DNA of 64,000 nt, from the NCBI GenBank assembly GCA_903916735.1, contig CAIWXX010000120.1, forward strand, positions 1,374-65,373, given 5' to 3'. The stretch is from an uncultured Acidobacteriota bacterium. Lineage in GTDB: Bacteria; Acidobacteriota; CAIWXX01. The notes beneath the pieces are model-generated. The model did not search any database. It was not told where the DNA came from and saw only the letters and a program-made list of their open reading frames with translations. The stretch's first letter is position 1. Each line of letters starts with the position of its first letter. Of the stretch, positions 16,744 to 27,233 are shown piece after piece. The position numbers and the translations under genes are program-made.

Positions 16744-18982
16744 GAGGTTCACAATCAACAGGGCAAGTCTCGGGAGGAGTGCCCTGTGTGGAGCCGGCAT
16801 CATCGCACTCCTGGCGACGGTCCAGCCGCCGGATCATAAGAGCACTCCTCTTCTGCTGCCGACGTTCCAGGCACAGCCGCAAGAAACGCCGCCCCCTGAG
16901 CTTCTCACGGTTCCGGCAGATGTTGATCGAGGGCTGGCACTCATGGAACAAGGCAGGCGATGGGAAGCCCGGTCGCAGCTGATCTCGGCCCTCGCATCGC
17001 ACAGAGATGATTTCTGGGGAGGCCGCATGCAGTTCGTGCTGGGGTCCATGGCCATCGAAGAAAAAAATTATGCAGAAGCCCTGGAGCACCTGCGCGATCC
17101 TCTCATTCTGAAGAGCGGGCTGGAAGACCTTTCCATCCTCTACCAGGGGAATGCCTATTACGGCCTGCGAAATATTGAACGCGCTGCTGAAGCATATCGT
17201 TACTTCACGGCCACTTACCCCAGAGGTGCTTTTCACGGTGACGCCGCGAAAATGCTTGGTGAATCGCTTGTCCTCCTGAACCGCCCGGCCGAAGCCGGAG
17301 CTGCTTTTCTGGATGCCGCCAATGGGATAACGGGATGGGAAGCGCCTTCTCTCCATTACAAAGCGGCCGATAATTATCTGCGCGCCGGGCTTCTGAAAGA
17401 GGCACTCCCCATTTACGAAGAGATGTATGTGGAATATCCAACATACTATCGCGACTCCGAGATACAAGCGCAGATTCACAAGATCAGAGAGCGCCTGCAA
17501 CTGCCGCTGAAGATTGATCCCAGCGTGATGGAGAAGCGGGCGAGGAAGCTCAATGAATCAGGCGCCCACAAATCGGCCTGTAACGAATATGCCCGGATTC
17601 ACTCGATATATCCATCCTTCTTCGAGCAGACGGGGATGGCTCTTGATATGGCATCCGAGGCCCTCAAGTGTGAAAACTATTCGCTTGCGCGGAGTCTGCT
17701 CAGCGACGCTCTGAATCGCGATTCGACCGGGCAAGCCGATCTTCTCATGGGCGATCTGCTCTGGAACACCAGAAAGGATCCTCAGCCGTATCTGGAAAAA
17801 GCAAGTACGGCCAATACGACTTATGCCGAATCGGCGCTCTTCAGGCTGTATCAGTGGAAGCTCGCAAAAGGTGACAACTCCGGCGCATTGCAATATATGA
17901 ATGAGCTCGCAGGGCGCTTCCCCGGCCATAACGCCGGACTCGCCTTATGGAAACTGGCATGGACGCTTTATGCCGCCGGCTCATACGCCGAATCATCGTC
18001 GCTTTTTTCCAGATACTATCAGGCGGACCCGCAAGGCGAGTACGCCGCCGCATCTCTCTACTGGACTGCACGCGCAAAAGAGAAAGCGAGGAAGGGTGAT
18101 GATGTGGCGGAGCTCTACCAGGCGGTGATGACACGGTTCCCGCGCACAATCTATGGTTATCTGGCAGCGGACCGGATGGGGACGCCCACACCGGAAGGTG
18201 ATCCGCCCCCGGCCAATCCTGCGACACAGCGAGCGGCCTATTTCCAGTCGGCTCGATCGGGGATGTCGGTTGAAATTCAGCGGGGGTGGGACCATGCCGA
18301 ATTACTCCGCCTCTGCCGCCTCTATCCACTCGCTCTGAAAGAACTCTCTTTTCAGGAATCGCATGCCGCCGATAAGACGCCGCTGCTTGTCAAAAGTGCC
18401 ACTATTTTCAACGACACACGTGCGCACCGACTGGCCATCATCACACTGCGGGAAGCTTTTCCGGACTATCTAACCAGGCCCGGTTCGGATCTGCCTCGTT
18501 TCATCTGGGAGATGATGTACCCGTTGAGGCATGACGAGATTTTCAAGAAGAATGCCGAACGCCTCGGAATCGAAAAAAATTTATTGCTGGGGATCGCCTG
18601 TCAGGAGAGTTGTTTTAACCCGGTGGCTCACTCGGGAAGCGGTGCGGTCGGTGTCTTGCAGCTCATCCCATCCACAGCCCGCCTCGTTGCACGACGCTAT
18701 CATATCCCCTATTCATCGACCTATCTCACCGACCCTGACAAAAACATCCAGCTTGGATCACTCTATCTGGATGGGCTTCTCCGTCAATTCGACCGGGATG
18801 TCGTCTACACACTCATCGGCTATAATGCCGGGCCGGGCCGAGTCTTCTCCTGGAAGCGCAAGATGCCGGGGCTCTCCGGGCTCGAACTCGTCGAGAACGC
18901 TCTCTTTCACGAAACCCGTGAGTACGTGCTCGTTGTCATGCAGAATGCGCGCGAATATGAGAGGCTCTACGGGAAATCCTGA
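16706..18982 (+). CDS. Soluble lytic transglycosylase (Slt70-like) with TPR repeats
   Basis: TPR-rich N-terminus; SLT motifs QESCFNP, GVLQL, GYNAGPG, ETREYV. Start uncertain (GGAGG precedes in-frame CTG at 16784). Confidence 0.88.
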   Translation: MLTAILKLWPATERFTINRASLGRSALCGAGIIALLATVQPPDHKSTPLLLPTFQAQPQETPPPELLTVPADVDRGLALMEQGRRWEARSQLISALASHRDDFWGGRMQFVLGSMAIEEKNYAEALEHLRDPLILKSGLEDLSILYQGNAYYGLRNIERAAEAYRYFTATYPRGAFHGDAAKMLGESLVLLNRPAEAGAAFLDAANGITGWEAPSLHYKAADNYLRAGLLKEALPIYEEMYVEYPTYYRDSEIQAQIHKIRERLQLPLKIDPSVMEKRARKLNESGAHKSACNEYARIHSIYPSFFEQTGMALDMASEALKCENYSLARSLLSDALNRDSTGQADLLMGDLLWNTRKDPQPYLEKASTANTTYAESALFRLYQWKLAKGDNSGALQYMNELAGRFPGHNAGLALWKLAWTLYAAGSYAESSSLFSRYYQADPQGEYAAASLYWTARAKEKARKGDDVAELYQAVMTRFPRTIYGYLAADRMGTPTPEGDPPPANPATQRAAYFQSARSGMSVEIQRGWDHAELLRLCRLYPLALKELSFQESHAADKTPLLVKSATIFNDTRAHRLAIITLREAFPDYLTRPGSDLPRFIWEMMYPLRHDEIFKKNAERLGIEKNLLLGIACQESCFNPVAHSGSGAVGVLQLIPSTARLVARRYHIPYSSTYLTDPDKNIQLGSLYLDGLLRQFDRDVVYTLIGYNAGPGRVFSWKRKMPGLSGLELVENALFHETREYVLVVMQNAREYERLYGKS

Positions 18983-19046
18983 TGTGCGTGATCGATGCAA
19001 GGTTCAGATGGAGATGAATCATCGCTAACAAGGAGGTCACTCGGCA

Positions 19047-20198
19047 ATGCCAGTGAGAAAGCGGTTGACCGTTGGTCTCGTATGCGGCGGCCGGAGCGGC
19101 GAACATGAGGTATCACTCGTCTCAGCTGCCTCCGTCTACAGAGCGCTTGATCCACATAGCTATCGGGTCATTCCGATTGCAATTTCACAGGATGGAAGCT
19201 GGCGCCTGGCACAGCCGCCGGCGGCTCAAGGACCGATCCTCTTGCGGGGGAGCGATCCACGCCTGATTCTCTCACCAGGACCAAAGCCTCGACTCTGCAT
19301 TCACAAGGGGGGCAAGGACACGATGATCGGCATCGATGTGTTCTTCCCGGTTCTCCATGGACCATATGGTGAAGACGGAACCATCCAGGGGCTCTTTGAG
19401 ATGTGCGGTGCCTCTTATGTCGGCGCCGGCGTTCTGGCCTCGGCCATCGGCATGGACAAGATCGCCATGAAAGCCGTCTTCGAGACAGCCGGCCTCAACG
19501 TCGCACCTTATGTTGGATTCACCATCACTGAATGGAAGAAAAATCGGATCCCGATTGAAGAGCGTATTATCGGCGAGCTGGACCTGCCATGTTTCATCAA
19601 GCCGGGTAATAGCGGCAGCAGTGTCGGCATTTCAAAGGTGAAAACGGTCGAGGAGCTCGGGGAGGCTGTAACTGAGGCCTTCCGTTTCGATCGGAAAGTG
19701 ATCGCCGAGCGCACAATCGTCGGACAGGAGATCGAATGCAGTGTGCTCGGGAATGATGAACCGATCGCATCCTTGCCCGGCGAGGTCATCCCCTGCCATG
19801 AGTTTTATGACTACTGGGATAAATACATCGGTGGGCGGACACAACTTATTATTCCTGCGGATCTCCCCAAGGAGACAATCACGGTGGTGCGTGAGGCGGC
19901 AATAAGAGCCTATCGCGCATTGGACTGTGCCGGAATGGCGCGGGTTGATTTTTTCCTGGCACATGGAGACGCCTCTCCGAGCAAACGTCTTTATATCAAT
20001 GAGATCAATACAATCCCTGGATTCACTGATATCAGCATGTATCCAAAGCTTTGGGCTGCCACAGGCATTCCCTATCCCAGGCTTCTCGATCGCCTGATTG
20101 ATCTGGCCTGCAAAAGAAATCGGGAAAAATTACGTCTTAAAACCACCTGGAAGCAGGGAACAATCCTTGCCGGCATGGCCCGCAAGAAGCGTGGCTGA
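19047..20198 (+). CDS. ddl: D-alanine--D-alanine ligase
   Basis: GGRSGEHEVS, LHGPYGEDGTIQG, GSSVG, FYDY, NEINTIPGFT, SMYP. Confidence 0.97.
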   Translation: MPVRKRLTVGLVCGGRSGEHEVSLVSAASVYRALDPHSYRVIPIAISQDGSWRLAQPPAAQGPILLRGSDPRLILSPGPKPRLCIHKGGKDTMIGIDVFFPVLHGPYGEDGTIQGLFEMCGASYVGAGVLASAIGMDKIAMKAVFETAGLNVAPYVGFTITEWKKNRIPIEERIIGELDLPCFIKPGNSGSSVGISKVKTVEELGEAVTEAFRFDRKVIAERTIVGQEIECSVLGNDEPIASLPGEVIPCHEFYDYWDKYIGGRTQLIIPADLPKETITVVREAAIRAYRALDCAGMARVDFFLAHGDASPSKRLYINEINTIPGFTDISMYPKLWAATGIPYPRLLDRLIDLACKRNREKLRLKTTWKQGTILAGMARKKRG

Positions 20199-20336
20199 AA
20201 AGACTCGCATGTACGCTCCAGTGCAACCGAATCACCCAAAGGCCCGAGTCGCTTTCGGCGATCGATTGCCGCCGATCGGCAACCGGCTCATGACTCAGAG
20301 CCCTGAATCCTCATAGCGAAGAAAGGGCAAAATCCC

Positions 20337-21122
20337 ATGCGCGAACTGGTCAAGATGTTCGATTACACTAGGATGATTGTACTCCTGAGCCTCACCGCGG
20401 GGCTCTATACCTCTCTCCTGATTCTCTTCAAAGCCTTTGTCATTATTCCCGGATACACCGAGATCAGGCCGGGCAGCGTGATTCCCGTCGTCTGCTCTCT
20501 CTTCTTCGGACCAGCTGCAGCATGGGGTGCGGCCTTCGGAAATCTGATTGGGGATTTCTTCGGGATGCTCGGAGTGTCCAGTATTTTTGGAATGGCGGGC
20601 AATTTCCTCTATGGGTATATCCCCTATCGCATCTGGCTTCAGGGGAAGGATCAGTCACTGAACCTAAGATCAGGCCGCAATCTCGTGAGATATTTCATCG
20701 CTGCGATAACGGCATCCATGGCCTGCGTCATCTCTATTGCATGGGGGCTTGATTTGCTCGGCATGGTCCCTTTCGTTGTTTTTTCGAACATTGCGCTGAT
20801 CAACAATCTTCTGGCCACGCTGATCCTCGGTCCGATTCTCATTCTTCTTCTCACGCCACGCGTGCAGGCATGGGGGCTTCTGTATCGGAGGATCATGAAG
20901 GATTCAGTCAAGCCTTCTCCGCGGCTGTTGCACTATCTCGGTTTCGCTCTCATCTGGGGAGGCGGCCTAACTGCGATCATCACGGCCAATCTCCATGCTT
21001 TCATCGGGCCGACGATGATCGATCATCCCATTGCTCTTCACATCGCCGGCCAAGCGATTTCCATTCATCTCGGCATCACCCCCGGAACTCTCCTGATGAT
21101 CGTCGGTTGCCTGCTGATTTAG
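20337..21122 (+). CDS. ECF transporter S component, QueT-like membrane protein
   Basis: Highly hydrophobic; EIRP...SLFFGPAAAWGAAFGNLIGD motif of QueT-like S components. Confidence 0.7.
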   Translation: MRELVKMFDYTRMIVLLSLTAGLYTSLLILFKAFVIIPGYTEIRPGSVIPVVCSLFFGPAAAWGAAFGNLIGDFFGMLGVSSIFGMAGNFLYGYIPYRIWLQGKDQSLNLRSGRNLVRYFIAAITASMACVISIAWGLDLLGMVPFVVFSNIALINNLLATLILGPILILLLTPRVQAWGLLYRRIMKDSVKPSPRLLHYLGFALIWGGGLTAIITANLHAFIGPTMIDHPIALHIAGQAISIHLGITPGTLLMIVGCLLI

Positions 21123-21373
21123 GGGTGAGAGACAAGGGGCCGGGGATAAGGGAGGGAGAACTTTCCCTCAATCTCTTCATCATCTGTGCCTGAGTAAGCC
21201 CGGGTACGCACTGCAAGAGATGGCTCACACGGAAGTGAACGAGAAATCTGCTTCGTGGAAGGTGTCGTTTCGAAAGAATTCCGGACTTTGAGATTAAAGG
21301 AAAGCCCGATGAAAAGGCCTCGCACCCCCTCACTCACCTGGAAAATGATCGGCTCCTTTTTCCTTCTTACCGG

Positions 21374-22714
21374 CTACTTTTCTTTCAGCCCGAACTTGCT
21401 CATGTAGTAGCGGAGCGAACGAGGTGTGATGCCGAGGAGCTCGGCGGCTTTCTTCTGACTTCCCTGAGCGCGTTCAAGCGCTTTTGCAATATACGATCTC
21501 TCAATTTGCTGGACGTAATCCTCAAGCTTGAACCCGTCGCCGATCTCGGGGGCGTTTTCATCCACGGGGATAGAACCATGGATAGGTGTGTTCGTGAGCA
21601 TCCGCTCGGGGAAGCTCGATCGTGAGACTTCATCACCGCGTTCGAGAGCGACAGCTCGTTCCACGGCATTTTCCAATTCCCTCACATTGCCGGGCCACTC
21701 CCAGGAAACCAGGAGATCCACGGCTTCCTGTGAAAAGCCTTTTAGATTTTTCCCCAGCTGCACGGAATATTTCCGCAGAAAGTGCTCCGATATCGGCAGA
21801 ATATCCTCCCGTCGATCACGGAGAGGAGGCAGATGAATTTCGACGACGTTGATCCGGTAATACAAATCTTCGCGATACTTGCCTTCGGCTGCGAGACGGC
21901 CGAGATCCTTGTTGGTGGCTGCGATGATCCGGACATCCACCGAAATATCGGTGATGCCTCCGATTCTTCGAATCGTCCGCTCTTGCAGGAAGCGAAGCAG
22001 CTTGACCTGCATGGGAGGACTCATTTCGGCGATCTCATCCAGGAGGAGCGTGCCGTGATCGGCCACTTCAAGAAGGCCCTTTTTATTGTTCACGGCACCT
22101 GTGAACGAACCCCTCATGTGGCCGAAAAGCTCGCTCTCAAGCAGCGTCTCCGGAAGCGCGCCGCAATTGATCCAGAAAAAACGGTTGTCCTTTCTCCGGC
22201 TGAAGGCATGAAGTCGTTGTGCGATTAATTCTTTGCCCGTGCCACTTTCACCTGTGATCAGAATCGTGCTGTTGGTCGGCGCGATCTGCTCGACAAGCTG
22301 CAGTATGTTGCCGACAAGCGGACTCTTCCAGATGATCTCCTTGCCGATCAGCTTCCTGCGGTCGAAGGCCTGCCGCACAACCAGTCGGATTTCCTCGACA
22401 TCAAAAGGCTTTGTTATATAGTCGATCGCGCCGAGCTTGAGACTCTCAACAGCGGTCTTTGGGGAAGCATAGGCTGTAATCATGATCACAGCCGTTGACG
22501 GAGAACTCTGTTTGACATACCTCAAGAGATCGATGCCGTCGCCGTCCGGCATGGCGATATCACTGATGACAAGATCCACGGTCTCCTCAGTCACGATCCT
22601 CTTGGCCTGTTCCCCGCCCTCGGCAGTCAGCACCGTGTAGCCCTGCTTTCGAAGCATGATAGAGAGCAGGTCCCTCATGCTTTTTTCGTCATCAACAATA
22701 AGAATTGTGCTCAT
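21374..22714 (-). CDS. pilR: Sigma54-dependent response regulator (PilR-like)
   Basis: REC domain, [30 protein letters not shown]-terminal HTH; follows pilS. Confidence 0.9.
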   Translation of the reverse strand: MSTILIVDDEKSMRDLLSIMLRKQGYTVLTAEGGEQAKRIVTEETVDLVISDIAMPDGDGIDLLRYVKQSSPSTAVIMITAYASPKTAVESLKLGAIDYITKPFDVEEIRLVVRQAFDRRKLIGKEIIWKSPLVGNILQLVEQIAPTNSTILITGESGTGKELIAQRLHAFSRRKDNRFFWINCGALPETLLESELFGHMRGSFTGAVNNKKGLLEVADHGTLLLDEIAEMSPPMQVKLLRFLQERTIRRIGGITDISVDVRIIAATNKDLGRLAAEGKYREDLYYRINVVEIHLPPLRDRREDILPISEHFLRKYSVQLGKNLKGFSQEAVDLLVSWEWPGNVRELENAVERAVALERGDEVSRSSFPERMLTNTPIHGSIPVDENAPEIGDGFKLEDYVQQIERSYIAKALERAQGSQKKAAELLGITPRSLRYYMSKFGLKEK

Positions 22715-24480
22715 GCCGAAAAGCCTCCCGCCATCGGTTGTATCGTGCCCTTGGGCAGCAGTGGGAGTAAAATTTCGATCTCCGTTCCCTCGCCCTTTTC
22801 GCTTCGAATTTCGAAACGGCCATCATAGTCCTTGACGATTCTTTGGACGATGGCCATCCCCAATCCAGTCCCGCGTTTGAAGCCGGAGAAAAATGGCTCA
22901 CCGGCTCGTTGCGCCTCCTTTTTGGTCATCCCCACACCTTCATCCCTGAAAAGGATGCGATAGGAGTCACCATCGGGAGAAGTGATCTCGATTGTGAGAG
23001 TCCCGCCCAGAGGCATCGCCTTAATAGCGTTCTTCATGAGGTTCCAAAAAACCTGAGTCCATTGTCTCCGGTCGGCGATGAACAAAGCAGGCTGGTTGGC
23101 CACCAGGGAAACCCGATGGTCAGGGCCGAATTCGGGGCTATTCGTGAGAAGCGTGATTGTCTCATGGGCGATTTCGACCAGGTTAATCTCTTCCATCGCA
23201 ACTTGTGTGGGACGAGCATAGTCAAGAAAGTCCTTAAGAGTTCGATCCAGGCGCGCGGATTCCCGCATGACAATATCCATCAAGTATTGCTGTTCGCCCG
23301 TCAGCTGCAACTCCTCGCAGAGAACCTGCACCGACCCGCTGATAGAAGCCAACGGGTTCCGGATCTCATGGGCAATCCCGGCAGCCATTTCGCCGACAGC
23401 GGCGAGACGGTCTTTGATCCGCACCTCCTGTTCGAGGCGGCGGATGTCAGAGAGGTCCTGAAAATTAAAAATGAAACCATCCGGGACGCCTTCACGAGAG
23501 CGCAGAAGAGAGACGGAAATTCCAGCGACGATGCTCTCATCTCCCACAGCCGCCGCATCACTTTCGAATTGAATAACACGTTTTTGGAGGAGTTTTGTGT
23601 AAAGAGTTTCGAAAAACCCTGGAGGCATGAGGAAAATCCGGTCGACATTCTTCCCTTGGATCGACGGTAGATCGCAATGAAGGATGCTGCACCCGGCAGA
23701 ATTGAGCGTCGCAACCCGGCCGTCTAAACCTGTCGATAGAAGCCCACTTGCCATGTTGTCCACAATGTCCTGGTGGATATGCTGGAGCTCAGCCAGATCG
23801 CCGATTTTCACTTCCAGCTGCGCGCCGGTTCTCTTCAGGTTCTCTGAGAGATAGGAACTGAGCAGCGCGGCTGCAAAGAAGCCAAAAAGAGAACTGAAGA
23901 TATTATAAAAGACGACGCCGACGGACACATCATGAGCGATGTTCTTCTGTTCGCCAAAGAAAGGTATGACGCCGTAATACATGAGATCTACGAGGCCGCC
24001 GTACAGGATTCCGGAAAGAGCGGCAACGATGATGCTCCCCTTGCGATACAACGTGATGCTCGCCGTAATGATTGGAATGATGTAGAGAAAATAAAAGGGG
24101 CTGAGCAAGCCTCCAGAGAGATAGACAAGCCCCGTCAGAAAAAGCATGTCCCCTATTATCTGCATGTATGCTTGTGCCTGAAAATTACCCATCCGGTGAT
24201 AGCAGAAGGCGTAGAAAAGCGTCAGTGGATAGACAGCGAAGAGCAGATAATATAGGGGCGCGATGGGGAGATTCTCATTGCTGACGATTTGAACCAGAAG
24301 AAGCGACCCGGAGAGGGTCGTTATGATCAAAGCCCGGCAGATGATGATCCAGAAAATCTTCCGGCGTAGCGGCTTAGCATTTTCCAGTTGAAGATCGTCG
24401 ATCGCATCTTCTTTGACGACGTAGGCTGCCAAGCCGGCAGCCTTTTTCGCCTCGATCGGATTCAATTCTTCAACGGCCAT
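22711..24480 (-). CDS. pilS: Membrane sensor histidine kinase (PilS-like)
   Basis: About six TM helices, PAS, AHEIRNPL H-box, N/G boxes; downstream of pilC. Confidence 0.9.
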   Translation of the reverse strand: MAVEELNPIEAKKAAGLAAYVVKEDAIDDLQLENAKPLRRKIFWIIICRALIITTLSGSLLLVQIVSNENLPIAPLYYLLFAVYPLTLFYAFCYHRMGNFQAQAYMQIIGDMLFLTGLVYLSGGLLSPFYFLYIIPIITASITLYRKGSIIVAALSGILYGGLVDLMYYGVIPFFGEQKNIAHDVSVGVVFYNIFSSLFGFFAAALLSSYLSENLKRTGAQLEVKIGDLAELQHIHQDIVDNMASGLLSTGLDGRVATLNSAGCSILHCDLPSIQGKNVDRIFLMPPGFFETLYTKLLQKRVIQFESDAAAVGDESIVAGISVSLLRSREGVPDGFIFNFQDLSDIRRLEQEVRIKDRLAAVGEMAAGIAHEIRNPLASISGSVQVLCEELQLTGEQQYLMDIVMRESARLDRTLKDFLDYARPTQVAMEEINLVEIAHETITLLTNSPEFGPDHRVSLVANQPALFIADRRQWTQVFWNLMKNAIKAMPLGGTLTIEITSPDGDSYRILFRDEGVGMTKKEAQRAGEPFFSGFKRGTGLGMAIVQRIVKDYDGRFEIRSEKGEGTEIEILLPLLPKGTIQPMAGGFSA

Positions 24481-24723
24481 CTATTGTGGCAGGATGAGAA
24501 GAGTGAGGGGATGCCAGGAGTCGAACCCAATCGCGAGAATCCCCGCGACCTTGTACCAGGCTCGTCGCTGGCATTTTTCACCCGGCACTCCTTCTCTCTC
24601 TCTCCGTTGTCATCAATGATATTGATGAGAAGTGGATTGCCGCTTCTCCCCTTTATTTCCAGCTCCGAGCTCATGGCAGCTGCCATGCTCCAGAGAATCG
24701 GATGTGAAGAGCCTTCTTTGCTC

Positions 24724-25926
24724 CTAGAATTTGTTAATGAGATCAAATATCGGCAAATACATGGAAATAACGATTCCGCCTATGACAGCTCCAAGGAAGG
24801 CGATCATGAGCGGCTCGAGGAGCGAGACGAGGCCTTCCACCGCACGGTCCACTTCCTCTTCATAGAAATCGGCGATCTTGTTGAGCATAGCGTCAAGCGC
24901 ACCTGTCTGTTCGCCGATCGATATCATCTGCACAACCATTGGTGGGAAGATATCAGATCCTTTCAGCGGGTCGGCGATCGCTTTTCCGCTTTCAATCGAT
25001 TTCCGCGCTGTCATGATGGCATCCTCGACGACTGCATTCCCGGAGGTTTTGGCGGTGATTTCAAGGCCATCTAAGATTGGAACACCGCTTGTGATTAGTG
25101 TTCCGAGTGTTCGAGTGAATCGGGCGATAGCGATCTTCTTGAAGACAACCCCAAGAATCGGCAATTTCAGCAAGATCCCGTCGATCGTATGCCGGCCGTT
25201 CTCGGTTTTGTAGTACTGACGAAGCAAGAGAAAGATGGCGATGACAAGGATTATCATTAGCCATCCGAATCGAAGAACCATGTCGGATAGAGCGATCGTG
25301 ATCCGAGTGGGCAGCGGGAGTTCTGCGCCTAAGCTGGAAAAGAGAGAAGCAAAAGTCGGGATGACCTTCCAAAGGATGATAGAGACGACGGCGGCCGCAA
25401 TGACTATAACAGCGGCTGGATAAATCATCGCTGATCGAACCTGCGAGCGCAGTTTCACTTCTTTCTCAATGTAGGTCGCCAAGCGCTGGAGAATTGTATC
25501 GAGAATACCGCCCGCTTCCCCAGCCGCCACCATGTTTGAATAGAGGTTGTCAAAAATAGTCGGGTGCTTTTTCATAGCTTCCGAGAGAGTCGCCCCGGCT
25601 TCGACGTCCTGCCTGACCTGTAGAAGAATGCGTTGAAAAGTCCGGTTTTCCTGTTGAGTGCCGAGAACCTCGAGGCATTGCACGAGTGGCAGGCCGGCAT
25701 CAATCATGACTGAGAACTGCCGAGTGAAGATAGAAATCTCCTTCTTGCCGACACCGATCCCCCGCAGGCGCGGGATGGCAACCTCCTTTCCTTTTTCGCG
25801 GATGGAGGTGACGGTGATCTGCTCCTTGCGGAGAAGCGAAACAATAGTGGCTTTGTTATCCGCAGTCAGAGCACCCGATACTGCCTGTCCTGCCCGGTTT
25901 TTACCTTTCCATTCGAAATTGGGCAT
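24724..25926 (-). CDS. pilC: Type IV pilus platform protein
   Basis: FTRQFSVMIDAGLPL, GEAGGILD, GEQTGALD, LEP motifs. Confidence 0.96.
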   Translation of the reverse strand: MPNFEWKGKNRAGQAVSGALTADNKATIVSLLRKEQITVTSIREKGKEVAIPRLRGIGVGKKEISIFTRQFSVMIDAGLPLVQCLEVLGTQQENRTFQRILLQVRQDVEAGATLSEAMKKHPTIFDNLYSNMVAAGEAGGILDTILQRLATYIEKEVKLRSQVRSAMIYPAAVIVIAAAVVSIILWKVIPTFASLFSSLGAELPLPTRITIALSDMVLRFGWLMIILVIAIFLLLRQYYKTENGRHTIDGILLKLPILGVVFKKIAIARFTRTLGTLITSGVPILDGLEITAKTSGNAVVEDAIMTARKSIESGKAIADPLKGSDIFPPMVVQMISIGEQTGALDAMLNKIADFYEEEVDRAVEGLVSLLEPLMIAFLGAVIGGIVISMYLPIFDLINKF

Positions 25927-26010
25927 CGGCGTCTCCTTTCGGAACTTGTAATGAATCGTTAGAGAACTTCCATGCGGTCGGCGCCATTATAGCGCCATTC
26001 AGATTCGATT

Positions 26011-27135
26011 TCACTTTTTTTCCTTCTGGACCGGCGGCCTGTACCCGGCCTGCTGAAGGACTGACCCGGCGCCCCGATTGATCATCTCCTGCAATTCCTC
26101 GGGAAGCGAGGAGATCCCGACGGCCGTTTCGAGTGTAATGAGTTTGCGGAAATAAAGCGTCGCGAGGCTCTGGTTGAATGTTTGCATTCCGAATTTTTCC
26201 TGGCCGACCTGCATGGACGAATAGATCTGATGCACCTTGTCCTCGCGGATGAGGTTTCGGATGGCGGGATTGGGCACGAGGATTTCGCACGCCAGAACAC
26301 GACCGTGCCCTCCGGCTCGCGGCAGCAACGACTGGCAGATAACCCCTTCGAGCACGAGCGACAGTTGAGCTCGCACCTGTGATTGCTGGTGCGCAGGAAA
26401 GACATCGATGATACGGTTGATGGTTTGGTACGCGGAATTCGTATGGAGGGTCGCAAAGGTCAAGTGACCGGTTTCCGCGATGCGCAACGCGCACTCGATG
26501 GTCTCCAGATCGCGCATTTCTCCGATGAGCACGATGTCCGGATCCTCGCGCAGAACCGAACGGAGGGCGTTCGGGAATGAATGCGTATCGGCATGTAATT
26601 CTCGCTGGTTCACCAGGCACTTCTTGTGTCCATGCAGGTATTCGATCGGGTCTTCCACGGTGATCATGTGTTGCGCACGATCGGCGTTTATCTTGTCGAG
26701 CATCGCGGCGAGAGTCGTGGACTTGCCGCTGCCGGTCGGGCCGGTCACCAGAACCAAGCCCCGTGGCTTATCGCACATCTTGGAGATGATAGGGGGAATT
26801 CCAAGCGCATCCATTGCAGGGATTTCGTATGGGATCCTCCTGAAAGCGGCGCCGACGGCGCCTCGCTGGCTGAATACATTTGCTCGGAATCGCGCCAATC
26901 CCTTTATGCCGAACGAAAAATCCAGCTCCAGATCCTCTTCGAAACGGTGTTTCTGGGCATCCGTCAACACTGAATATGCCAATTGCTTGGTTTCAGGGGC
27001 TGTCAGAGGAGGGTGATTCAGCGGCCTCAAGATGCCGTCCACCCGGATGGTCGGTGGGGCATTCGTTGTGATGTGGAGATCGGTTCCACCCTGTTCGACC
27101 ATCGTCTTTAATAGTTGGTGAAGTGATGCAGCCAT
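26011..27135 (-). CDS. pilT: Type IV pilus retraction ATPase
   Basis: GPTGSGKST, EDPIE, LREDPD, TLHT, AIRNLIRE, GMQT. Confidence 0.97.
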   Translation of the reverse strand: MAASLHQLLKTMVEQGGTDLHITTNAPPTIRVDGILRPLNHPPLTAPETKQLAYSVLTDAQKHRFEEDLELDFSFGIKGLARFRANVFSQRGAVGAAFRRIPYEIPAMDALGIPPIISKMCDKPRGLVLVTGPTGSGKSTTLAAMLDKINADRAQHMITVEDPIEYLHGHKKCLVNQRELHADTHSFPNALRSVLREDPDIVLIGEMRDLETIECALRIAETGHLTFATLHTNSAYQTINRIIDVFPAHQQSQVRAQLSLVLEGVICQSLLPRAGGHGRVLACEILVPNPAIRNLIREDKVHQIYSSMQVGQEKFGMQTFNQSLATLYFRKLITLETAVGISSLPEELQEMINRGAGSVLQQAGYRPPVQKEKK

Positions 27136-27233
27136 TCGTTAATCTCCTCAACCGATTATCATCATCGGATCGCCGTGCGTCTGCGGAGGCCTCGTGAGCC
27201 CTTGTTGGTGCTTTGTTGGGTTATGCCCACGAG

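Noticed and set aside
20199-20336. preQ1 riboswitch upstream of the QueT-like gene
   Set aside because: No preQ1 aptamer consensus or A-rich tail recognisable.
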